A stretch of 35,120 bases of DNA from a bacterium (lineage in GTDB: Bacteria; Zhuqueibacterota; Zhuqueibacteria; Oceanimicrobiales; Oceanimicrobiaceae), in assembly GCA_046757525.1 (NCBI GenBank), contig JBHHYI010000026.1:1-35120 (forward strand), in the 5' to 3' direction. Below, in pieces: positions 1-7,774 of this stretch. The notes beneath the pieces were generated by a model, which saw only the letters and a program-made list of their open reading frames with translations, had not been told where the DNA came from and made no database searches. The position numbers and the translations under genes were made by a program. Every line of letters begins with the position of its first letter. The first letter of the stretch is position 1.

Positions 1-129
1 ATCGACGGCCGCCGCTCCGTTAGCCAAATCAGAGATGCACTCAGCGCTGAATACGGGCCGGTCGACCTGGACGTCGTGTCCCGGTACCTGGAAGATCTGA
101 GGCGCGTGGGCGTGTTGAAGTGGAAGTAA
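1..129 (+). CDS. 3' end of a gene truncated by the window edge; C-terminal winged-helix-like tail resembling DUF4910/M28 peptidase-like proteins
   Basis: Frame 1 reads IDGRRSVSQIRDALSAEYGPVDLDVVSRYLEDLRRVGVLKWK-stop (TAA 127-129). The family is recalled from the tail motif only. Confidence 0.5.
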   Translation: MDGRRSVSQIRDALSAEYGPVDLDVVSRYLEDLRRVGVLKWK

Positions 130-186
130 AGAGCAAGCTACTGAACCTTACCTCAGTTACGGTGAGGGTCGCCAACCGCACTCGTG

Positions 187-496
187 GAGGCTGTCCCAAA
201 AGGCCATTCTTGTGTCAATTCCGCGAGAGCGCATAGGCATCAACTTAAGCCCCCAAACTGTCATTTCGACCCGGCAGCCGCCGGGGAGAAATCTGGTTTG
301 TGCCTAAATCAGACCCCTCGACTACGTCCGGCAGAGCCGGACTCCGCTCGGGGTGACAATCTGGTGGTTAGACGGTCCCTTAAGTTGACACCAAACCGCG
401 AAAGCGGGAATCTATAACCTATTGTTCTTCTGGGTTCCTGCGTTCTCAGGAATAATGACAAGTCTGAGGCTTTTTTTCTACTTTTTGGACAGCCCC
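187..496. mobile_element. Non-autonomous MITE-like element with IS1182-like terminal inverted repeats, containing nested REP/MITE elements
   Basis: Left end GAGGCTGTCCCAAAAG (187-202) matches the reverse complement of the right end, GGGGCTGTCCAAAAAG (481-496). Inner inverted repeats lie at 236-249/379-392 and 259-270/346-358. There is no transposase. Confidence 0.6.
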
Positions 497-550
497 AACC
501 AGGTTGTCCTCACGGAGACCGACGTTGTACCCTCCAATTCAAGAAAGAGC

Positions 551-579
551 TTGCATTTTGCGTTTGATTTCGTTAATAT
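551..579 (+). promoter_or_regulatory. Putative sigma70 promoter for the regulator gene
   Basis: TTGCAT (551-556), 17-bp spacer, TAATAT (574-579). Confidence 0.45.
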
Positions 580-936
580 TTAGTAATAATCGCAAAACCT
601 TCCTGTGCCGAGTTTTTCCTCTTCCGAAGACGTCGTAGTTGTTGCTCATTTCCAAAGGTCTTGTACCAAAGGTTTCACTTGTGATCTGACAAGCGAGCAT
701 TTCTTGCCAAGAGATTCCACTTTTAGTTCAGAACCCGAATCATTTATTCAGTGGAATCATCACATCTCCAGCATTCCCACCGTTTTTACACGGCTGCTCA
801 CAATTTGAACCTCACCCGTGTAACAGCATTCTGGGCCTTGTGCAAAAACAGTCAAGGTGACTGCTCCTCGCTGATTCCAAGAACTGTTTTTTTCAACTCT
901 GGCAAAACGTTGCTTGAACAAACCCGGGATTTGTCA

Positions 937-2313
937 ATGGAGTGTCAAACGATTCTTGTGGTTGATGAGGATGAACTCACCCTCCGGTTGCTGGAACATG
1001 GCTTCAACCGCCACTTTCAAGTTCTCAGCGTTCCGGAGGGCCAGCGAGCCATCGAATTGGCAAAAAAAAATGCGATAGACCTTGCCATCGTGGCTCGCTG
1101 CCTCCCACACATGGATGGCCTCGAGGTGCTAAGGAGGCTAAGAAAGGTAGCGCCTGAGGTGCCGGTGATATTTGTGGCCACAGCCCCAACCAAAGCTTTC
1201 ATCATCGACGCCTTCCGAGCAGGGGCACGAGATTTCATTGAAAAACCGATTGACGAGAGACTTTTGACAGAAAGCGTCACTCGGATTCTCGATTTGGTTG
1301 AGACCGAGCAAGCATCAGAGCCAGACAATGGAAAAGAGACATCGTTCGGAAAACGGAAGCTTTTAGTCTTCAAGAATTTATTCAGAAGACCCAAGCGCAG
1401 AAAATCCAAAAGATGGCAACTCCAGATCAACTCGGAAAGAGTGCGAAAGGTAACAGCACGGTCTATTCCAGCAGAAATCGAGCGTAAAGCTCTGCATTCT
1501 TTCTCCCTTGGTGACCGAGCTGCCCAATTAGCCGGGAAGTCTCCTCCAACTCTCCAGGTGTACTTTCTTGGAAAGTTCCGTGCGGTTCTTAATGGACACG
1601 ATATTGGGCAATGGCCCAGCCGCAAAGGCAAATCCCTATTTGCCTATTTGGCTTTTAATCATAAAAGAAGAATTTACCGCGACATTCTTATGGACAAGTT
1701 CTGGCCGGGTTCATCGCCGGACTCTGCCAGGAATTGCCTGAACGTGGCCTTGCATGGGCTGAGACAAGTGTTTAAGGAAATCGATTCGCAAAATGAGTAC
1801 CTATTCTTTAGGGATGATTGCTACTACTTAAATCCTGAAATTGAGATTTGGCTGGACACGCAAGAGTTCCTGCACCATTGGAGGGTCGCTCAGAGCACGG
1901 AGCGTGAACAGAAAATCGAAGCAGCGATTGGCGAGTATGAACGCGCTGCTGCTGCGTACAAAGGGGATTTCATTGAACAAGAGATTTATGAAAGTTGGAT
2001 GACCTTGAATCGGGAAAACCTTAAAGAGATTTATTTGGTGATTTTAGACCGACTGAGTACGTATTACGGTCTTGATGGCAAACCGGCTACGGCCATCAAG
2101 CTTTGCGAAACCATGTTGGAAAAGGATAATTGCCGGGAAGATGTACACCGGAGGATGATGAGATGTTACTACAAATTGGGACAGCGGGACAAAGCCATTA
2201 AACAATTCCAAAAATGCGCTGAAATCCTAAAGGCTGAGCTTGAAATTGGACCGACCCGCGCAACACTCGATGTGTTGAAAAAAATAAAAGAAGACTCTCT
2301 GGACCAAAAATGA
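937..2313 (+). CDS. Atypical response regulator: receiver domain + OmpR-like wHTH + BTAD (SARP-family activator)
   Basis: Receiver motifs ILVVDED, DLAIVARCLPHMDG and DFIEKP. The wHTH reads LQVYFLGKF...LFAYL...FWP...ARNCLNVALHGLR and the BTAD reads YKGDF...REDVHRRMMRCYYKLGQRDKAIKQF. ATG 937 is preferred over GTG 751 because the receiver domain begins there. Confidence 0.9.
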   Translation: MECQTILVVDEDELTLRLLEHGFNRHFQVLSVPEGQRAIELAKKNAIDLAIVARCLPHMDGLEVLRRLRKVAPEVPVIFVATAPTKAFIIDAFRAGARDFIEKPIDERLLTESVTRILDLVETEQASEPDNGKETSFGKRKLLVFKNLFRRPKRRKSKRWQLQINSERVRKVTARSIPAEIERKALHSFSLGDRAAQLAGKSPPTLQVYFLGKFRAVLNGHDIGQWPSRKGKSLFAYLAFNHKRRIYRDILMDKFWPGSSPDSARNCLNVALHGLRQVFKEIDSQNEYLFFRDDCYYLNPEIEIWLDTQEFLHHWRVAQSTEREQKIEAAIGEYERAAAAYKGDFIEQEIYESWMTLNRENLKEIYLVILDRLSTYYGLDGKPATAIKLCETMLEKDNCREDVHRRMMRCYYKLGQRDKAIKQFQKCAEILKAELEIGPTRATLDVLKKIKEDSLDQK

Positions 2314-2326
2314 ACTACAATGTATT

Positions 2327-2380
2327 TTTAGTGGGAATTAAGTGCAGATTAATTTGAATTAAATTGTGTTTGTTTATCTT
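2327..2380 (+). promoter_or_regulatory. SARP-type operator/promoter: four TTAAGT-like direct repeats plus -10 TATCTT
   Basis: TTTAGT 2327, TTAAGT 2338, TTAATT 2349, TTAAAT 2359 (spacing 11, 11, 10); TATCTT 2375-2380. Confidence 0.6.
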
Positions 2381-2424
2381 GTTAGCACCACACATCAAAT
2401 TAATCCTAAACATGGGGTGTTAAA

Positions 2425-3513
2425 ATGAATTCAAATCAGGACCGTAAGACTAAAGCGGAGTTACAGCAAGAACTAAACCAGCTTCGGCAAGAGCTTGCAG
2501 ACACCAAAAGGGAACTGCACCTGAAAGAAGCCGAGACAAAAAAAATGCGGAGAAAAGTTGAGGAAGCTAAAACAGATCTCAAAAATCTCAAGACGACTTG
2601 TGAGGATTTTCGAGAGAAACAAGGTGCATTGCAGGCGGAAGTAGACCAACTCCGGCAAACCAATGTCAGCTTGGAAGAGGAAAAAGAAACACTGGAAAAA
2701 ATGATGCAAGAAGAGGAAGAGAATGCTTCCAGGCGGCTGGCGGAATCGAATCGGTCGCAGCGGGAATTGGAGCGACAACAGCAGCATCTCAAGAAAGAGA
2801 ATGAGGAACTTGAAAAGAAACTGGCTGAGTATGAAGAGAAAGTTTCCCTGACAGCTCACCAAGAAATAATGCCAGAGCAGATTTCCGCTGCCAAGTCGAG
2901 CTTTCACATAAATCTCTATCCGCGCCAGGGAGAGTTTCAAGGACAAATCATCCACCCTCTAACTCAGGACAAGAAAGTATTTAGCGGTTTAGACAAAGGG
3001 GCCATTGTCGCCTTCATGTCCAATCATTTACCAGAAATGAGAGAAAATGGTGAACCTCTACTACAACCTACCGCAGATGTCACTCCCGCCGCCAGCAAAG
3101 CGCCACAGTTGGGGAAACCAGCCACAACTGTCGAGACTGCCCAGACGCAACGATTCGGGGAACTCAAGACGGTACCGGTTGGTGCTGACCAACCCACCGC
3201 CTTCATACCCCATGAACAGCCTTATGCGGTAATTTTGACCCTGGATCTGACCGACCTGGCACTTCCCAAAGGTGCAAAGGTTAATCAGCATGTCACGGTC
3301 TTTGCTAGGAGACTTGGCAGTCGCGATTGTCAAAAAATCGGCGAAGTGAACAACCTGACTGAATGGACTGAAAAGAAAGAAATACGACTGGACGGGGTGC
3401 CTTTGCCCCCAGGCCAATATAAATTGCAAGCCGATGTGAGATTTGGCTTACCAGACGGCGGAACTCTACCCCGGGGCAACTTCATTGAGGGTGATGTGGT
3501 ACATGTCTTGTAG
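2425..3513 (+). CDS. Hypothetical protein: long N-terminal coiled coil, small middle domain, P/A/T-rich linker, C-terminal beta-sandwich-like domain
   Basis: 362-aa ORF with E/K/Q/L heptads over about the first 140 aa. GGGGTG lies upstream as a possible RBS. No signal peptide is evident. Confidence 0.85.
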   Translation: MNSNQDRKTKAELQQELNQLRQELADTKRELHLKEAETKKMRRKVEEAKTDLKNLKTTCEDFREKQGALQAEVDQLRQTNVSLEEEKETLEKMMQEEEENASRRLAESNRSQRELERQQQHLKKENEELEKKLAEYEEKVSLTAHQEIMPEQISAAKSSFHINLYPRQGEFQGQIIHPLTQDKKVFSGLDKGAIVAFMSNHLPEMRENGEPLLQPTADVTPAASKAPQLGKPATTVETAQTQRFGELKTVPVGADQPTAFIPHEQPYAVILTLDLTDLALPKGAKVNQHVTVFARRLGSRDCQKIGEVNNLTEWTEKKEIRLDGVPLPPGQYKLQADVRFGLPDGGTLPRGNFIEGDVVHVL

Positions 3514-3529
3514 TGAAGTGACAAAAGAA

Positions 3530-3571
3530 ATTCCTGCGGGCCGGGGGAAGATATTCGACCCGCGAGGGATT
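3530..3571. terminator. Imperfect hairpin between convergent genes, possible bidirectional terminator
   Basis: ATTCCTGCGGGCCG...CGACCCGCGAGGGAT, flanked by an A-rich tract on the left. Confidence 0.4.
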
Positions 3572-3585
3572 AGGTGAGCTTGGCT

Positions 3586-4080
3586 TTATTCCTTGTAGAA
3601 CTGCACATATTTCATCTCAAGGAAGCCGGAGAACATGGCCGGTTTTTTCCCGGTGCCCCAGGCCTTGGGCCCGGCGTCGTGGGTAATCGACAACACCACC
3701 AAATAATGGCCTTCCAGGGTTGTGGATCCGGGTACTTTTATTTCCTTGGTGAGTTCGATGTACTCATCCGCGGTAGCAGTAGCTGCGTTATAGGTGAAGT
3801 TCGAATTGTTGATGATCACTTCTTCAGGCGGTATGTCTACATCCACGGTTGCTTTACCCATACCTTCCAGGAGAATTCGAAATACGATCTTGCTGCCATC
3901 GAGATTATAGAATCCTGACTTCTTGAATTTGATGGTAACATCGAATCCCCAGTCCTGACCCTGCTTGATCATCAGGCCACTACGGTCTTGCTCTTTTGTT
4001 CCCCCTACCATTTCAAACAGCTCGGCAGTGCCGTCAGCTTCAAGGTTAGCGGCTGTTTCGAATTCCAAATAGTGTGACAT
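3586..4080 (-). CDS. Hypothetical beta-rich protein (164 aa)
   Basis: A strong RBS GGAGGT just upstream of ATG 4080 (MSHYLEFE...) favours this start over 4113. The sequence shows an alternating hydrophobic pattern. Confidence 0.85.
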   Translation of the reverse strand: MSHYLEFETAANLEADGTAELFEMVGGTKEQDRSGLMIKQGQDWGFDVTIKFKKSGFYNLDGSKIVFRILLEGMGKATVDVDIPPEEVIINNSNFTYNAATATADEYIELTKEIKVPGSTTLEGHYLVVLSITHDAGPKAWGTGKKPAMFSGFLEMKYVQFYKE

Positions 4081-4207
4081 AATAAACCTCCCTAAATTAT
4101 ACCAAGTTCTCATGTTGAAACCGGTTCGCAGATTCTTAAAAAGGCTACGGATTCAACACAGAACTCTTCGAGTATTTGACTGAATTTGTTTCTGCGAACT
4201 GGTAAGC

Positions 4208-4261
4208 AAGATAAGAATCAAGAATTATCCAGCCCTTAATTCCCACTTAAAGTTGAGTTAA
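4208..4261 (-). promoter_or_regulatory. SARP-type operator/promoter: four direct repeats at exact 11-bp period plus -10 TATCTT
   Basis: Minus strand TTAACT (4261), TTAAGT (4250), TTAAGG (4239), ATAATT (4228); TATCTT at 4213-4208. It shares AGTGGGAATTAAG with the 2327 promoter. Confidence 0.65.
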
Positions 4262-4439
4262 TCCAATGCACCTGGCAAAGTCTTAGATGTGTCTGTCCTG
4301 AAAAGGGGGGAAGTAAAGGAGAAAACGGGTAGAATTCGAGACTTGGGTTTCACTCAAGCTGGCAAATTGGGCGTCCACCATCGCCGCTTTGTTTGTTCCC
4401 AACGATGCTGTCAATTTTTCCTTAACGCGGCGCTGCCTT

Positions 4440-4679
4440 TCAGTTTAGATTGACAAAGGCGTCCTTGTATTCCTTAGGCGTATAGGTGCCTGCATGAAGA
4501 ACACCGCTTTTGCTGCGCGTGACTTTCATTTCTCCGGTACGCCAATTGAAACGGCGTTCATAATCAGCGCATTCCGGGCAACGATAAATGATCCAATCCC
4601 CATCTCGAAAAGAGGTGCAGGCATGCGTATCAGCTTGCGATCGTGGTCCAAACTCGATCCTCAGGCTATCGTCTTCCAC
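4440..4679 (-). CDS. Small hypothetical protein with possible Zn-binding residues (HxC...CxxC...H)
   Basis: 79-aa ORF with AAGGAG RBS before the GTG start; motif YRCPECADYERRFNWRTGEM. Confidence 0.7.
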   Translation of the reverse strand: MEDDSLRIEFGPRSQADTHACTSFRDGDWIIYRCPECADYERRFNWRTGEMKVTRSKSGVLHAGTYTPKEYKDAFVNLN

Positions 4680-5718
4680 GACAACTCTCCTTAGTAAGAT
4701 TCTTAACCATCAACTGACGTCCAGCCATCGTTATTCCAGCAATTGGCTCCTGACTCGATTGTAAATTTATCGGAAAGATTTGCCCAAAACTATACGCATA
4801 ATATTGCGGAAAATCAAGTTATTTTCCAGACACGTAGACTTTTCCCAGAAAACGCTCGCCCTGTGTAACGCGAACGTCTCCTGTGCGTCAGGCAGATACC
4901 CGATTGCTTTCAGATAAAACGATCTCGGTAGTCACTTGAAGTTCCTGGGAAACGCTCCTCTGGCATGAAGCTGTTCAAAAGATCACAACCGTCCTGTCAT
5001 CCGTATATTAAAAGTGTCTATCATGCAGTCAAAAGTTGGGTGTAACAACCGTATTTAATTCTGTTTGATTGGTGGTAATCGAATTTTATTTGATTCATGT
5101 TCTTTGAAAATCGATTCTTTTTGGATGAGCGGGTCGTCTAATTGAATACTTTCTTAGTGTTGAATTGATGATGTTCAGAGCAAACAGTGTGCAGTATGTC
5201 GGTTTCAGGTCTTGCAACTGCCGGAGAAAGGGCCTGCTGTTGGCGCTCGCACCCCGGTCTCGGCTCGGCAATCCAGCCCCCAATCTTTGGCTGAGATTTT
5301 TGCGGAGATGGCGCACAGTGCATGAGAGAGAACGTTCGGAGTGTCAATGGGCTAGCCAAGCTCGTTCCTGAGACTGTTACTCTCAGACTATTACCGCAAA
5401 TTTGAAGGCAGTGGCATGATCCGTCATAAACTGTGCATGGCCATCTTGAATATCATTCGCCATAAACAGGGCCCCATCTACAACTACTATGCTCGTCTGG
5501 TCGAGTCAGGAAAACCCAAACTGGCAGCCATTGCCGACGCCATGCCCAAACTCTTGGCGATAATCTATGCCAGGTTAAAAACATAAACACCCTTTGACCC
5601 AAATAAACATGAGCAATCAAAACAAAAAAGTTGATTTTTCTCTTGACTTTTTCCTTAGTATCTGCGAGTTTTGATGACACACGTGTCATTTTTGCAGGAA
5701 AGACAGGGGTCTTTATGC

Positions 5719-5803
5719 TGTCATTGCTTCATTCTCCGGCGCCGGTCGGTTGCATCAGGGAATCGCTTCGTCGTCCGACAGCCGCCGGACTCCTCGCAAT
5801 GAC
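5719..5803. repeat. REP-like palindromic element (GTCATTGC...CTCCTCGCAATGAC type)
   Basis: Terminal inverted repeat GTCATTGC/GCAATGAC. The inner hairpin CCGACAGCCGCCGG nearly matches CCGGCAGCCGCCGG at 271-284. Confidence 0.55.
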
Positions 5804-6038
5804 TACTAATGATTACAAGGAATCGCTCTAACGGGCCCAACAGATTTTCTTGTTTGGACGTATCGAGGGAAGCAGCAGTAATTATCATCGAGATGCCTGG
5901 GACTGCTCGAAACGTCAGTTTATGGCCTTTGTGGAAGGCAAGCATTGGGGGGAGGCTTGGGAATGAATGAAATAAGGACCCTTGGCCTTTATTAGAGCGA
6001 TGGTGGTGCTAACCCTGCACGGTTAAGGAAAAACGAAC

Positions 6039-7472
6039 ATGAAACAAGGTGAAAGTTTGGTTCGGCGTTCAGCCACTGAGCTGCGAGAACTTCTCAGACG
6101 CAAAGAGATTTCGCCCACGGATCTCATCAAAGTCAGCCTGGAGCAAATCGAGCGTTACAACGGCGCCATCAACGCGGTGGTAACGCTGAACCCACGCGCA
6201 ACCGACGAAGCTCGAGAACTGGAAAAGAAAGCTAAACACGCCGAAGAACAAGGTCCTCTTTACGGCCTGCCGGTGGGCATTAAGGACGTAACACCGGTAG
6301 GCGGACTGCGCACCACCTTCGGTTCGCCTTTGTTTGCGGATCACGTCCCCAAAGAGGATGCCCTGGTGGTTCGTCGCTTGCGCGCAGCCGGAGCCATCAT
6401 TCTCGGCAAGACCAATTGTCCCGAGTTTGCAGCAGGCGGCAACACGTTTAACGATGTGTTCGGACTAACCCGCAATCCCTGGAACACGAAGTTGAGCGCA
6501 GGCGGTTCTACCGGCGGCGGTGCAGCGGCTCTGGCCACCGGCATGATCGCCCTCGCCGAAGGGACCGATCTCGGCGGCTCCTTGCGCATTCCGGCCTCGT
6601 TCTGCGGCCTGGTCGGCTTGCGGCCTTCACCCGGCCTGGTGCCCACCTACCCGGCAGACTACCTCTGGGACGCCTACCAGGTAACCGGGCCCATGGCACG
6701 GACGGCCGAGGACGTCGCCCTCATGCTGCAGGCGGTGTGCGGCCAGAGTCCGCTCTCGCCGGTCTACCAGCCAACCCGGGGCCGGGACTTCGTCGCGGCG
6801 GTGCGTGCCGGCATTCCGGAAGGCCTCAAAGTCGCTTACTGCAAAGATATCGCTGGCATCGGCATCGACGAAGGCGTTGAAAAGGTTTGCCGCCAGGCAG
6901 CCTTCGCGATGTCGCAAGCGGGTGCAGTGGTGGAAGAAATCGACCTGGACCTGGCTTTCGTACGCAAACCCTTCCTCGCCTTTCGGGGCTACTGGTTCAT
7001 GGCACAGTTGTTCAAACATCTGGACAAAGTGGAGCAATTCGGCGTTAACGTGGCCAACAATATGAAGGCTGGATTGAAAGTCACCCCGGAAGATCTTGGA
7101 GCTGCCGAAGCTGCGCGCGCACGACTCTGGCACATTTTTTATGACTTGTTCCAAAAATACGACCATCTGTTGACGCCCTGTATGGCGGTGCCGCCCTTCC
7201 CGGTGGAGCAGAATTACCCGGAAACCATCGCCGGGCGGAAGATGGAAACGTACATCGACTGGATTGCTCCGACTTTCGTTTTGAGCCTGACAGGCCTGCC
7301 CGTGGCTTCGGTTCCCTGCGGCCTGGATGACAACGGGTTGCCGGTTGGGTTGCAGATCGTCGGGCAGCCATTAGGGGAAGAAGCCGTGCTTGCTTTTGCC
7401 CAACAAGTGCAGCAAGCCAATCCAATCGGCCTGCCGCCTTTGGATGGTCTGGAGTACGAACCAGTGGGTTAA
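6039..7472 (+). CDS. Amidase-signature family amidohydrolase
   Basis: GLPVGIKD (catalytic Lys), GGSTGGGA and GTDLGGSLRIPAS (Ser-cisSer-Lys triad); C-terminal GLPVGLQIVG. Confidence 0.93.
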   Translation: MKQGESLVRRSATELRELLRRKEISPTDLIKVSLEQIERYNGAINAVVTLNPRATDEARELEKKAKHAEEQGPLYGLPVGIKDVTPVGGLRTTFGSPLFADHVPKEDALVVRRLRAAGAIILGKTNCPEFAAGGNTFNDVFGLTRNPWNTKLSAGGSTGGGAAALATGMIALAEGTDLGGSLRIPASFCGLVGLRPSPGLVPTYPADYLWDAYQVTGPMARTAEDVALMLQAVCGQSPLSPVYQPTRGRDFVAAVRAGIPEGLKVAYCKDIAGIGIDEGVEKVCRQAAFAMSQAGAVVEEIDLDLAFVRKPFLAFRGYWFMAQLFKHLDKVEQFGVNVANNMKAGLKVTPEDLGAAEAARARLWHIFYDLFQKYDHLLTPCMAVPPFPVEQNYPETIAGRKMETYIDWIAPTFVLSLTGLPVASVPCGLDDNGLPVGLQIVGQPLGEEAVLAFAQQVQQANPIGLPPLDGLEYEPVG

Positions 7473-7495
7473 TGCCTTTGATTAGCAGCGAAAAA

Positions 7496-7774
7496 TCAAG
7501 GTCCGTTCTGAGTTCTAATATATTCATTGAGGATATCGTTGATTTTGGTCTGCCACCCCTTTCCCTGCGATTTGAAAAACTCCACAACTTCCGGGCTTAA
7601 TCTAATAGAGACAGGCACTTTAATAGGAGCTTTTTGCGGTCCGCGCACTCGTGTCGGAATGTCAGGGTGGCTGTCCTTTACTGGTTTCATCCGAGAAAGC
7701 ATTTCATGGGACAAAGGCGGAGATTCAACCGTATCCCAGTCTTCTTTTGAGATATGTTTAGGTTTGCGTTTCAT
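7496..7774 (-). CDS. BrnA-family antitoxin (orphan)
   Basis: VRGPQKAPIKVPVSIRLSPEVVEFFKSQGKGWQTKINDIL is the typical BrnA ribbon-helix-helix C-terminus. Confidence 0.9.
   Translation of the reverse strand: MKRKPKHISKEDWDTVESPPLSHEMLSRMKPVKDSHPDIPTRVRGPQKAPIKVPVSIRLSPEVVEFFKSQGKGWQTKINDILNEYIRTQNGP

Noticed and set aside
751..936. N-terminal extensions in the ORF track (starts 751, 4113, 21235, 22431, 27910, 32605)
   Set aside because: Family patterns and RBS positions point to downstream ATGs. The extensions run through promoters, REPs or toxin remnants.
4700..5950. Short ORFs or an ncRNA in the long intergenic region
   Set aside because: The overlapping 60-80 aa ORFs show no recognisable motifs or clear RBS, and I recognised no RNA family. 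Only the REP at 5719-5803 is supportable.
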